Origin: Lingula anatina
Taxonomy: Eukaryota > Animalia > Brachiopoda
Reading direction: 5' to 3'
Assembly: GCA_051362555.1 (NCBI GenBank)
Contig: CM120648.1
Location: 1,155,721 to 1,219,720 of the forward strand
Length of the DNA stretch: 64,000 nucleotides
In this document: positions 26,312 to 40,430 of the stretch, in pieces
Layout of the letters: each line of letters opens with the position of its first letter
Position numbering within the stretch: position 1 is the first letter of the stretch
The notes under the pieces: generated by a model
Database searches by the model: none
The model's input: the letters and a program-made list of their open reading frames with translations, nothing else
What the model was told of the DNA's origin: nothing
Translations under genes and position numbers: made by a program

Positions 26312-29300
26312 TTTTTATGTACAGACACAGAAGTGTCTGTACATATTGCCATCACCTGCGTCTGTCGTCGCCGATGCCGTCGCCGATGCCGTCGCCGATG
26401 CCGATGCCGGCGCCGTGCACTTTCCTTGTTAACACGATAAGTGGAGGGCAGTTTTACTTATTGGCTTTATATTTACAGAGCTGATGAATATTCATAAAAC
26501 ACAGGTCAAGTTCGAAAATCAGCATGATCGGGCCATTATTGTAGAAGTTATGCTGTTTTTTCACTTTTCAGCATATATGCAACCCTGTTAACACATTTTA
26601 AGGAAAACCGATAGGCCTGTTGTCATTAAACTCACAGGAGTAATCAATCTTACTAAAACGCAGGTCAAGTTCGAAAATCGGCATGATCGGGCCACTATTT
26701 TAGTAGTTATGCTGTTTTTTCACTTTTTAGCATATATGCAACATTGTTAACACATTTCAAGGAAAACCGATAGGCCTGTTGTCATGAAACTCACATTAGT
26801 AATCAATCTTACTAAAATGCAGGTCAAGTTCAAAAATCAGCATAATGGGGCCATTATTTTATAAGTTATGCTGTTTTTTCACATTTCCTCAAATTCAATT
26901 CTTAGGCATGTTAACAGTCTCATTATTTAACTAATAAGATATGTAAATGTGTTTGTTTGACATTTCCTGCAACTTTACAACATTTGTTAGTTGATTATGT
27001 AAAAATGATGGTAAACTTGTTATCATGTATTGTATAATAGAGTTTCAAAAATGGAAAAAAACTCATATCATTGCAGTTTGTCAGATTAATTCATTCACTA
27101 TGTTCAGAAACTCGGAATGGAGGAAATTGGACATTAAACACTGTTCTATTGATATTTTTCCCATGTCATCAATTTTCTTAGTTGATCATATAAAAATGGC
27201 AGTAAACTGTTAATTTTGTTATATGTAAACAATTGTTAAAAATGGAAAAAAACACATTTCAGGACAGTGCTGTCTTGTTTACATTTTGGTATTTTCAAGG
27301 TGTGACTTTGAAGTTACATGGGCCTGAAGACCTTTGCTTGTCACATTTTCTGAATATCCATGATACTAATATTTTATTATTAAAAATTGATGGTCATTAT
27401 GCTGTTAAACATTATGTAATATTGCATCAAAATTTGAAGAAACCCCTATTTTGGACACTGCTCCCATGATGACCATTTAAGGAAAACCATGTCACTTACT
27501 GTTCTCAAACTTACAGGAAAGAAACATGGGACTAAGATACAGTTTAATTAGGCAATGCAGTCTGTTTGGTAATTCTTTCTGGCAGTTAATCGGTTTTTTG
27601 TGAAAATTTAATTTTTCACATATTGGCATTTTCAAGGTGTGACTTAGAACCTCCACGGGCTTGAAGACCCATGCTAGTCACATTTTCTGAAAATCCACGA
27701 TACATATATTTTATTATGTACATATTGCCATCACCTGCATCTGTCGTCGCAGTCCATGTTGCCGTCGCTGTGCACTTTTATCGTTAACACCATAAGTGGA
27801 AGACAGTTTTACTTTTTGGCTTTATATTTACAGAGCTGATGAATATTCATAAAATGCAGGTCAAGTTCGTAAATCAACATGATCAAGGCATTATTGTAGA
27901 AGTTATGCTGTTTTTTTTTCACTTTTCAGCATATATGCAACACTGTTAATACAATATAAGAAAAACATATAGGCCAGTTGTCATGAAACTCACAGGAGTG
28001 GTTAATCTTACTAAAATGCAGGTCAAGTTCGAAAATCGGCATGATCGGGCCACTATTTTAGTAGTTATGCTGTTTTTTTCACTTTTCAGCATATATACAA
28101 CACTGTTAACACAATATAAGAAAAACAGATAGGCCAATTGTCATGAAACTCACAGGAGTGGTTAATCTTACTAAAACTCAGGTTGAGTTTGAAAATCAGC
28201 ATAATCGGGCCATTATTTTAGAAGTTATGCTGTTTTTTCACATTTCCTCAGATTCAATTCTTAGGCATGTTAACAGTTTCATTATTTAATTAATAAGATA
28301 CGTAAAAGTGTTTGTTTGACATTTCCTGCATCTTTACAACATTGTTGGTTGATTTTGTAAAAATGATGGTAAACTTGTTATCGTGTATTGTGTAATAAAG
28401 TTTCAAAAATGGAAATAAACTCATATCATTGCAGTTTGTCAGATTCAATCATTCACTATGTTCAGAATCTCAGAATGGAAGAAATTGGACATTTAACACT
28501 GCTCTATTGATTTTTTTCCCATCTCATCAATTTTTTTAGTTGATCATATATAAATGGCAGTAAACTGTTAATTTTGTTTTATGTTAAAAATTGTTAAAAA
28601 TGTGGAAAAAAACATTTCAGAACAGTGCTGTCTTGTTTACATTTTGGCATTTTCAAGTTGTGACTTTGAAGTTCCATGGGCCAGAAGACCTTTGCTAGTC
28701 ACATTTTCTGAATATCCATGATACTAATATTTTATTATTAGAAATTGATGGTCATTATGCTGTTAAACATTATGTAATATTGCATCAAAATTTGAAAAAA
28801 AAAACTATTTTTGGGCACTGCTACTATGATGACCATTTAAGAAAAACCATGTCACTTACTGTTCTCAAACTTACAGGAAAGAAACATGGGACTAAAATAT
28901 AGCTTCAGTAGGCAATGCAATCTGCCAGTTAAACATTTTTTTGTGAAAATTTAATTTTTCACATATTGGCATTTTCAATGTGTGACTTTGAAGTTCCACA
29001 GGCTTGAAGACCCATGATAGTCACATTTTCTGAAAATCTATGATAGGTATATTTTCTTATTAAAAATTGATTGTCATTATGCTGTAAACCATTATGTAAT
29101 ATTGCATCAGAATAGAAGAAAACACAATTTTGGGTGCTGCTGCCATGATGACCATTATGAGAAAACCATGTTACTTATGATTGCAAAACTTTCAAAAAAG
29201 AAATACAGGACTAAAATGCAGCCTGACGTTGGAAAAGCAGTCTAATTGACTTCTTTTTCTGGAAGTTTTACATTTTCAAAGTGTGAACTTGAACTTCCAT

Positions 29301-29481
29301 GGGCCTGAAGCCTTATGCTTGGTACACATTTTACTTACATTGGTATTACCTGTTGAGTATAATTAAAATTTGATGTTGAATTTGCAGTTTAACATAATGT
29401 ACTTTTGTATCAGAATTGACAGTAGCCTATTTTGTTATTTCCTGCTTTTTGTCTGTACATTTGACAGCTTTGCTGCCTTGT
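26312..29481 (+). mobile_element. Non-autonomous Helentron (HINE/DINE-1-like) with internal tandem duplications
   Basis: 5' T-run, then a perfect 12-bp inverted repeat ATGTACAGACAC-agaa-GTGTCTGTACAT (26317-26344) and a GCC/GTC/GAT microsatellite-like tract. Internal ~150-bp repeats. 3' subTIR GTCTGTACAT (29451-29460) and hairpin GACAGC-ttt-GCTGCC (29463-29477) followed by TT. An ~1.38-kb internal duplication restarts at ~27720. Confidence 0.75.
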
Positions 29482-29736
29482 GTAAAGATAACAGAAAAGA
29501 TGAGAGTAAAATGCATAAAACGGGCGAAAATAACACCTCAAACAATATTCCGTCGATTTAACTGTGATACAGTGGAATTCAATTCAACGCAGGTGCGTCA
29601 ATTTTTAAAGCTATATTAATTATTATTACAGCAGTAGTGTTTTGCAGTATAAGCACTGCAGCAGGTGATCCCTAACACTAAAATTAGACCACCTGTTGCA
29701 ATGTCTGTGACAATGCTGTCATCATGGAAGTGGCAT

Positions 29737-29868
29737 TGTGTGTGTGTGTGTGTGTGTGTGTGTTTGTGCTTGTGTGAGGGTGTGTGCGTGCGGGTGTGTG
29801 TGTGTGCGGGGGTGTGTTTGTGTAGGTTTGTGTGCGTGTGTGTTTGTGTGCGTGTGTGTGTGTGTGTG
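29737..29868. repeat. Degenerate (TG)n microsatellite
   Basis: Direct read. Confidence 0.9.
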
Positions 29869-32427
29869 CTGTGATAAATCGGCACTCTGTTATGGAAGAG
29901 ATATAAGTTTTTGCTTCGCCATAATTTCAGGTGCGACATTGAGATATAGGTGATTATTTCGATCTGTCTGCACTGTATCTATTTATCGACCTGTCTTATC
30001 CCTCAGCTTGTCTACCTCTATATAGATGTATGAAGACCATGTGCACTCTCCTTTCAACCATGCCATGGAGTAAAAAAGGGGTAAGAAGAATCGCCCCCAC
30101 CCGCCCCTTCCTCATTTTCAAAATGTTTACCCCCCCCCTCCTTTATATTAAATGTGCTTCCAAATGGCCTGCCTTTAATATGTATAGACTTATAGATAAA
30201 GACAAATAAATATAGGTGGTTCGTTTTCTCCACTGGAAGTGCCTATAGAGGGACACATATACCGAATCGATGTCAATGTCTGCCACTGTTTGTCATTTCT
30301 GACGTCAAGCGTGACAAACGCCGATGTTGAGACCGCTTTTGTTGTAAAAAAAAAAAAAAAAAAAAAAAAAGCACCCTTATTGACAATAGATTGCATTCTC
30401 CAATAAACTGTTCCCACCTTTTATGTGTATGATTTCACAACGAAATATAGTACGCTGTTTACTGAGTTTTGCAATGAAGACCGACAAAAACAGCTATTGT
30501 TTGCCTATCTTTACACTAGAACTCAGTAAGCAATCTATAGCCATTGTCAGTCACCCGTTTATCCCAGACAGTAGTATATATGGCATAACACCATGTTGTG
30601 AATACGCCTTTCATTAACTGACTCAGTTTTTTAAAGCGAAGACCAGCTAACATAAAATTAAACTATCAAATGCAGGTAGAAAGAAGGAATGTATCCGTCT
30701 CTCTTTTTTAACGACATTTCGAAGTTAGAAAGATGAAAAAGATAACCAGCGTTTCACATCCCAACGGAACAGATATACGCACGTAGGCTATTATACAAAA
30801 CATATTACCAAAATGTTAAAAACTATGTAAATGTAAATGAGCCCTTTGAAGTCGATTTTATGCAGGGATATGCAGATACCTGGTTTAATTAACTCCATAG
30901 GATTCTATATATCCGTTCACGTTTTATTTGAAATAGTTTCACTCATTAATTGGCATAAAATCGTTTAACCTTTTTATGTTTAAACTGGCGTGAAGCTAAA
31001 GTGGAACATCGCCAATTTCAGACAGACTAATTCGAGGCGTACTTCCACATATGTACGTTGAAGTTGAATCCACGTCAAGTCTTTGCTGAATGTTCAGAAC
31101 GACACAAATTGCTTTAGAGACAGAAATATGACTACCTGTGTGACATAGATCACCTGTGACTGTACCGGTACACGGCAAATAGATGTATTTTGTATATACA
31201 TGGCGTCTTCCAGTTATCTTTGCCAGGTGAAAAAAGGTTGGCAAAGTAGTAACCATTTATAACTATAACGCTGTTGTGTTAGTATTTATTGTGTAGGTTA
31301 TACTATGACATAATACGTGTTGGTATCTGTTAGGCCATATATGGCCTTGTGAACGCACTTAAAGCAATAAATGAACAAAATATTACAAGGTCATACAATG
31401 CATGCACCAGTACAGGAATTGCTAGAATTGAGTAAAAATGAATAACGATAATATAATTCAAACCAAATGTCAACTTAAATGCAAAGTTAAGCCCACGTCC
31501 CTTGCCTTCTGTGATAGTACTATACTTATTAAGTTAAAGATATACCCATTCCATCAATATATGCCACAAAAAAAGAAAAGAGAAAAAATTGAAAAAATAT
31601 AACACAAGAAATATGAATATCAGAAGTTTTACAATTGCGTACTACTTTTGTCATTCAAAATCGTTGCTTAAAATTACATGTACAGGGGTATGCCAGTTGA
31701 TTTTAAGTCGGCCTTATCGCTTCTATAACATTCCAGTATCATTCTGTATAGCGAAAGTAGCATTCAAATTGGAAAAGAAAATTGAACCAGTCGACTACTT
31801 ACTGAACTGCATATCTGATGTATTGGTTATTTTTAGCATGCATGTTAGAATTAGGCTTGTTAGCGTACGTATAAAATGCAAAACCAAGCACTATATACAG
31901 TATGCAACTGATAAACAAATAGGGCCTAAGCAATGCAAAAAAAAAAAAAAAAAAAAAAGAAAAAAATATTTCACATCGTTCGATTTCATGTTGGGGTGGA
32001 AAATGCCAGCACATTTCATGTAATATTAAAATGAGTCACTGAAATTTATCACTTTGAATTCGTATAACTCATGGCACTACTATGATCAAAGCACGAACTA
32101 TTACAGATCATTCAAATGCGAAGGGGAGGTACAAAGTTGCCAAAAGAAAAAAAGGTTTTGATTTATGGATCAATAAACATACTGGTAAGTGTAAATAAGG
32201 AAAATTACAAACAAAATCCCTTCCACCTCATTCACAACTCATAATTCCAAACTTCAAACTCATGACTGAAGGGAATAAAACATGGAATTCAAACATCAAC
32301 CACCGGTAAATGCATTGACTGAAAGACAGATGGCGCTTGCCACTGCTGTGTGTTTCAATGGAAACTAAGAAATCGAGGAGTCGGGGACAAAAATGTATTA
32401 TATATATCTTTTAGGCCGAAAGGTCGA

Positions 32428-35014
32428 TTAAACTATCTCGGCTAGGAAGCAAATAACAAAAGCCAATACAGCGGTTCTGCGGAGAGAGGCAAGAACACGC
32501 CAACCGGATCCAGTCACACACTGCGTTGGGGATGGGCTGGTAGGGGGAGCTGGGGTCGTTGAAGTCTGAAGACCATCTTTTAGGGCCACAACCCTGGTCG
32601 CTGCCCCGCTTCCATCAACGTATACCATGTGGAAAACAAACACAGTAGTGCCAGTTTTGGGCAACTTGTCGAGGTTTGCAATATTTTCCAGACCGAGAAC
32701 CCGTGCTCCAAGGAATGAAACGTGGGTCTTGAATAAAAGAGTGTAGCCAATATCGAAGCTTATAGCATCTATCCCCACTCCAAGGATCTGCCGCTCGCTG
32801 ACAAGCCATTCCCCGGCCTCAGCTGAGAAGCCTGGCCAGTGTGTCATCGGCACGCCATTCTCGTCAAGAAAATTCTCATGGTTATCGGTTCCAAGATATG
32901 CCGTGTAATTGTTAACATATTCCCCCCATCCGGTATATAGGAAAACAATGGCATTTTCCGGTATACGCCCGTTTTCTCTTTCCCACGCCTTGATCTCTTC
33001 GACGGTGAGAACTGCGTCCGGGTCGTTTGCAGCCTTTTGGTCGATGTCTATTCTCACAGCGGGGCCAATGAGGCCGTGAGGGGGGATTTGATGGATTCTC
33101 CAAGAGTCTTTGATAAAGTGTGCCGGAGCGTCAAGGTGGGTTCCCATGTGTTCCGGACCACAGAAAGCGTTTTTTTCAAACCTGTAATATACAGCTCTAT
33201 GTTAACTTTGGTCGGTAATCAGAATGATATCAAAGACGAACCTTTTCATAATGCATTATCTCCGGAATTAACATCAATACCAATGAGTTCATTGCACATT
33301 TACCATTTATTAAGTAACATTTATATAAAATGATCAATAAGTCGCCTATAGCAGAATTTTTTTTACATTTCAAACGACGACTTAAAGTAGTGGCCAGATA
33401 TTACCATTTCATGCCCTTTGATGTCCATTTTGGGTGATCTACTAAACCATCATAGCAATCATGGAAACAGAGAATAAGTCTTTTTAAAATCGCTCACAAT
33501 GCAGTTTTCTTTGGAAACAGTCTAATATATGCTGAGTCATTTCCATATTACAAACTCGTACATGTAGCAGAAGATAGCAGATAGTCTCTATATCTAAGTT
33601 GATTTGCAGAATATGACAACAAGTAATGATACCTACCACAAATTATTATTCCCGATTATCAGGGGCCCTTTATAGACGCTAAACAACTGAAAGGGTTCTC
33701 TACCAACCCACATCACGGTGTCATTGTTCAACGCATACGTCAAATCCACAGTGTCCTCAGGTTTAGGACTTAATTTAGCGGTCCTAAATGCCAACAAACG
33801 CACAAGGGACGCAGTACCATTCTCTACGTTCATAGGCAAGGCAGCCAAAGAATACCCTTTCGCCGGGACCTTATGTAGATTTACCGCACCAACAATAGTG
33901 TAGATGTTTCTTTTGTGCAGTGAAGTGCTTGCGGTGTATGAGGAGCTGGGGCCAATACCAGGGGAGTCAATGCCCACCCCATACACTGTTGTGTTCTCTG
34001 CAAGCCACATAGCAGCTTCATCGGATATCCCGGGGTGATTGGTCGTTGGTTCTCCGTTTATCAAGAACGAGGCAGCATCAGTTCCAAAGTAAGCAGTTTT
34101 GTTTCCATAATGCTTGGACCATCCCGTTTGAACGAGTATGATAGCGTTGTCGGGTATTCGGCCATGTTGGCTTTCCCAGCTCTTTAGGTCGCTCACCATT
34201 AAGTTGTAGTTGCTGTTATTCTCGACTTTCATTGAAACGTCCACTTTCACCACAGGACCAAAGAACCTGTGCGGTGGAATCTCGTTGATGTACCATCTGT
34301 TTTGCGCCCATCGCGCAGGCGCAAGAAGACTGGTGCCCATTAAGTCCGATCCACAAATATCATTGTCTTCTAGCCTTAAGTGACAGAAAAAAAGATCCAC
34401 GCAACTTTTAATTAGATTTGCTGAGATTCTGGTTTCTTTTGATTGCGATTTTTTGGCATAAAGGAAGAAATGTGGAGGCTGAATTGAACTGTTTAATTTG
34501 CATGGCCTACTGGACAGAAACCAACTTAACTTATTACTTATTTACTTATTATTACTAAAATTAATAACTTATTACTAACTAGTAGTATAGAAAGAATTCT
34601 AAAATAGTCAAAAGGTTTGCTTTTCAACTTTACTCGGGTAAAAATATCTAATTCCAGACGCGATCACCATAAAATTTGTCTTAATAGTTTATAATGATTA
34701 CCAATGGACATGCTCATCATAAAAAGCGATAAGAGTGACTTTCAGTCGTTTTTTTTAATCTATTTGTAGCTTGAAGAGAGTGGAGTAGTAAAAAATTGTA
34801 ATATCACGTACCATCCTGCTCCGTACACCCACGGTCCTCTGCGGATACGAGTGTAGTTGAATCCCTGAGCTCCGGGAAACACGGGAGTATCTGGATGCAA
34901 ATGGTGCGTCAAGTCAATGACTTCATTGGCCTTTGGACTCCACGTGACACCCCCGTGATCGTCTGCACGTGCAAGACACGCTGTCGCCAACATTAGGAAA
35001 AGATGATGATGCAT
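32428..35014 (-). CDS. Secreted/GPI-anchored tandem cyclase-domain protein (kynurenine formamidase/isatin hydrolase family), copy A, 564 aa
   Basis: Exons 35014-34812, 34374-33637, 33181-32428; both introns are phase 2 within a Trp codon; 1695 nt in frame. Signal peptide, VIDLTH start, second domain with EHMGTHLDAPAH and GLENIANL, P/T-rich stalk and hydrophobic C-terminus. Confidence 0.9.
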
Positions 35015-37923
35015 GGTCCCTGAAATTTCAACTTCGACATTATTTTCTCCACGCTTTTCTACTATTGTCAGTTACATGTATCTAGATATCTAAATATTTC
35101 TTAGTCTTAGGCAATCTCTCTAACGCTGAACATTCGGTTTGAGATATCTCGTTTCTGCAAATGGAGCATAACCTGGTAACAAACAGCAAATTGTTTTGGT
35201 AAGTACTTTGTATAAAAAATATTTTTTGAGTCTATTATTCTTGACCTAAGTGCAGAGAAACATGGAAAGCATAACATACGTGTATTTTTTTATTTATACA
35301 TTTATTTTGACCCAGTTTCAGTTGATAGCACAATACTCAATTTGATGACGTCACAAACAAGCACTAGCACGTTGGTATCTTTTTATCACCTGTCACCTGC
35401 GGCGTGACCAAACTTAGGAAAACTCAGGCGTGACAGTGTGAATGACACTTTGCTGACGGGTGAACCTGTCAAATTAAGCAGTGTTTCAAATTCTGCAAAG
35501 AAAAATCTAAGGACAAGTAGGTCCTAATATTTTTGATCATTCTTAAGAGATAAATGCAAAGAATTATGGTTAAAAAAGCCAAGACTCTTACAAGTATAAC
35601 AGATTTATCTGCACCACATGACGTCTTGAAGTCTGAAGAATGCAGTTTTCATGACATCAAATGCAAAGTTATGCCGCGTGATTTCCAACATCTCTTTGCC
35701 AGGCATAACTAAGGAAACTGGAAGCTATCAGAAACCGTTACAAGTTGGGGGCCCTGGTCGCAGGGAATGGGCGTAGCAGAGTGGGGGGCGGGGGAGCGAC
35801 GTTGGGTTCTCATGTAAACTTCACAAGATACCGGCGCACAACCACCATTCACGTGAACGAGGTGGGCCGAAACGTCATGGTTTGCTAGTGTTATTAAGTC
35901 TCTAAATAAAGGCTAATTCTGTTTTATAATCATATCAAGAGACCACGGAAAACCTCTTACTTAGTTATCATGTTAAATTGAAAATAGATCCGAAGAACAC
36001 TTCTTTAACTAACCTTAAATTCTTTTACTATTAAGCCTGATACCGCTCGCTCTAAACTTCTTACTACAAAAAGACGCTCCTCCGCATACCCCAGCCAGTA
36101 AACTAAGCCCAGGATTGTTAGTATGTAACTTAAAACGTAATAACGCCTGGATCACCTGTTTAAAGTGACTGTGCACACAGGATTAAGGCAGAACGTAAAT
36201 AATGTCGAATTTCCATGAGATCACTAACAATTTATGAACTAGTACTCTCCGATCATGACTACATTTATATCGAGATGCACATTTCATGAGTAGACCTACA
36301 TCTGGGTGAGTTTTCTTGGCTTAAGCAAGTAAATAGTGTTGAAATTCTTTGCATGTTGCCTTTCTTTCCGAATGTAATTTTCGTAATGGTTGGTAATTTT
36401 ATTCCCCCCCCCCCCCAAAAAAAAATATGTTTCAAGATACACATGTGCGTGTAGATACAAACTTAAGACAATAGAACGCTCCCTTTAATAACATTTTGGC
36501 AATATCATATGAAGAATGTAACAAATCTCATTCCAGAATTTTTTTTGTCATAAAAGGAAGGTAAAGTGTAAACGTTATTTGATACGCACACGCCAGTTTT
36601 GTACAATAGCATCTTTAGGGAGCTAATGTATAAATAGCAATATCTATAGATGTTTTTCCTGTCTTGTATGGTGTTCACTCCTTATAACAATACGTTTGCG
36701 TCGTGAAGCAGAATCTGTCCACCTGCGCTCGTGCGTAGGTACAGAGAGACAAGAGCAGTGGTTTTTAAGCAAACAGATATGTCTGTGCTATCCTAGCGTG
36801 ACTTTATTGACGTACAGCCCAATGTAAAATCCAACAAACATACAACTTACGCACCGCGGTACTTTAGGTATACTTAAGGTATTTTTGCCTTATCCGTTTA
36901 GCTGATGTGGAAATAAACATAGCTCTTATGTATTATTCTGTCACATCTAAAATGCATCAGGATGAGTGCGATAATTTGAGCTGACGACGTAACAGTAGAG
37001 CTTTAGGTGAAAATACATCGGTTTGGGGGTGAAAATACCAGATTCAACCAGATCTCTCTCACCGTAACAACTACAAACCTCTTCTTAACGCCTTTTTATC
37101 CACGACAAAAATACTACAAATCGGAGCAAGAAACGTTTCTGGAAGTCTTCCTTCTGATTGTCTTTGGTAAAGACACAAAATAATGCCTTTGTTTGACGGT
37201 CTTGATAATTTGTTAAAATATTGACATCACTTATATGAATTACGCCTTGCATCTTCATGAGCAATCATTTTTCACGTTTTTAATAAGTAACGTTTTTAAT
37301 AAGTGTATCTAGGTGCATGCAAGTAGTTTTAAATGGTATAATATCATTCTAAACATCCAGTTTAAAACTTCAAATACTACTGACTTCTACGTCCTTCCAA
37401 GTCCAGTGGAAAAATATAGAATGCGAATAAATATCATTTTCACTATATATTTCATCAAAATAACGAAAAATATCAATTTAAGTTCACAAATTTAAACTCA
37501 TGGCATATTCCAGATGTTATATTGGGTTTAAATGAGATTATATATACATATACTTTAGTATTGTAGACTTTTGCAGATTCTTACAAAATGGCCGCAATTG
37601 CCCTTTGAGAAACATTCATTTGTATACGACAGTTCTACATGCATTATATTGGAATACACAATATCTGAAATCAATCCCTATACTATGATTAAAGGGAATT
37701 AGGTTTGTCATTCAAACTTTTTTAGCAAGATAATCCAGTGTCTAATATAACCGATAGATGGCGCAGGATACAGTGACACACTGCGTAAAGGGTATTGAAG
37801 AAACAGTGTTTCGGAGATAGATGGCCCAGGATCCTGGCATGTAAATCAATGGAATCCAAGGACCGGGGCAGATGGGGGCCACAGTTAGATACTTGATTTT
37901 CGTATCGGTATGTTCATTTCAGA

Positions 37924-40430
37924 TTAGAATATCTCGGCTAGGAAGCAAATAACAAAAGCCAATACAGCGGTTCTGCGGAGAGAGGCAAGAACACGCCAAC
38001 CAGATCCTGTCACACACTGCGTTGGGGGTGGACTGGTAGGGGGCGCTGGGGTCGTTGGAGGCTGAAGACCATCTTTTAGGGCCACAACCCTGGTCGCTGC
38101 CCCGCTTCCATCAACGTATACCATGTGGAAAACAAACACAGTAGTGCCAGTTTTGGGCAACTTGTCCAGGTTCGCAATGTTTTCCAAACCTAGAACTCGT
38201 GCTCCAAGGAATGAAACGTGGGCCTTGAATAAAACAGTGAAGCCAATATCGAAGCTTAAAGCATCAATCCCCACTCCAAGGATCTGTCGCTCGCTGACAA
38301 GCCATTCTCCGGCCTCAGCTGAGAAGCCTGGCCAGTGTGTCCTCGGCACGCCATTCTCGTCAATAAAATTCTCATGGTTATCGGTTCCAAGATATGCCGT
38401 GAAATTGTTAACATATTTCCCCCATCCAGTATATAGGAAAACAATGGCATTTTCCGGTATACGCCCGTTTTCTCTTTCCCATGCCTTGATCTCGTCGACG
38501 GTGAGAACTGCGTCCGGGTCGTTTGCAGCCTTTTGGTCGATGTCTATTCTCACAGCGGGGCCAATGAGGCCGTGAGGGGGGATTTGATGGATTCTCCAAG
38601 AGTCTTTGATAAAGTGTGTTGGAGCATCAAGGTGGGTTCCCATGTGTTCTGGACCACAGAAACGGTTTGTTTCAATCCTGAAATATACAGTTTTATGTTA
38701 ACTTTGGTCAGTAATCAGAATAACAGCAATGACAAAACATTTGTTCAAGTTTTATCATTGGAATTAAAACCAATACCAATGAACTGATTGCATATTTTAC
38801 ATTTATTAAGTAATATGTACATAAAATGATCAAAAAGTTGCTCGGAGCAAAAATTATTTACATTTTAAATGATGGCTTTAAAAAGTGGTCAGATATTGTC
38901 ATTTCATTCCCTTTTATGTCCATTCTCGTAATACTTCATGGCAATCATGAAAACAGAGCATAAGGCCATTTAAAATCACTCAAAATACAGTTTCCTTTGG
39001 AGACAGTTTAATATACTGAGTCATCTCCATACAAACTCATACATATAGCAGATAATAGTGTCTATATTTAAGCTGATTTGCAGAATATGACAACAAGTAA
39101 TGATACATACCACAAATTATTATTCCCGATTATAATGGGCCCTTTATGGACGCTAAACAACTGAAAGGGGGCTCTACCAATCCACATCACGGTGTCATTG
39201 TTCAACGCATACGTCAAATCCACAGTGTCCTCAGGTTTAGGACTTAATTTAATGGTCCTAAATGCCAACAAACGCACAAGGGACGCAGTACCATTCTCTA
39301 CGTTCATAGGCAGGGCAGCCAAAGAATACCCTTTCGCCGGGACCTTATGTAGATTTACCGCACCAACAATAGTGTAGATGTTTCTTTTGTGCAGTGAAGT
39401 GCTTGCGGTGTATGAGGAGCTGGGGCCAATACCAGGGGAGTCAATGCCCACCCCATACACTGTTGTGTTCTCTGCAAGCCACAGAGCAGCTTCATCGGAT
39501 ATCCCGGGGTGATTGGTCGTTGGTTCTCCGTTTATCAAGAACGAGGCAGCATCAGTTCCAAAGTAAGCAGTTTTGTTTCCATAATGCTTGGACCATCCCG
39601 TTTGAACGAGTAGGATAGCGTTGTCGGGTATTTGGCCATGTTGGCTTTCCCAGCTCTTCAGGTCGCTCACCAATAAATTGTAGTTGCTGTAATTCTCGAC
39701 CTTCATTGAAACGTCCACTTTCACCACAGGACCAAAGAACCTGTGCGGTGGAATCTCGTTGACGTACCATCTGTTTTGCGCCCATCGCGCAGGCGCAAGA
39801 AGGGCAGTACCCATTAAGTCTGATCCACAAATATCATTGTCTTCTAGCCTACAGTGACAGAAAAAAAGATCCACGCAACTTTAATTAGATTTGCTGAGAT
39901 TCTGGTTTCTTTTGATCGCGTTATTCGGCAAAAAGGAAGAAATGTGGAGGCCGAGTTGAATTGTTTGATTTGCATGGCCTACTGAACAGAAATGTAGTTA
40001 AGTAATTACTAAGAAGTAGTAGTCTATAGAAAAAATTCTAAATTAGTCAAAAGGTTCACTTTTCAACTTTGCTCGGGCACAAATATCTAATTTCTGTCGC
40101 GATCACAACGTGTCTTAATTTTTTATAATGATTAGGTCTACCAAAACCGAAAAGATTGACTTTCAGTAGTTTGTTTTCTATTTGTAGCTTGTAGAGAGTG
40201 GAGTAGTAAAATTGTAATATCACGTACCATCCTGCCCCGTGCTCCCACGGTCCTCTGTGGATGCGAGTGTAGTTGAATCCCACACTTCCGGGAAACACGG
40301 GAGTATCTGGATGCAAATGGTGCGTCAAGTCGATGACTTCATTGGCCTTTGGACTCCACGTGACACCCCCGTGATTGTCTGCACGTGCAAGACACGCAGT
40401 CACCAATAATAGGAAAAGATGATGATGCAT
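37924..40430 (-). CDS. Secreted/GPI-anchored tandem cyclase-domain protein, copy B, 564 aa
   Basis: Exons 40430-40228, 39848-39111, 38677-37924, with the same exon lengths as copy A (203/738/754). Motif EHMGTHLDAPTH. Confidence 0.9.

Noticed and set aside
29616-29953. CV/TH-repeat ORFs
   Set aside because: Translations of a (TG)n microsatellite; the same applies to the poly-I, YI and SL/RE ORFs elsewhere.
36014-36216. Possible pseudo-copy of cyclase exon 1 (ATG-to-donor distance is also 203 nt)
   Set aside because: Translation has many stops and no similarity to VIDLTH/PVFPG; the length match is treated as coincidence.
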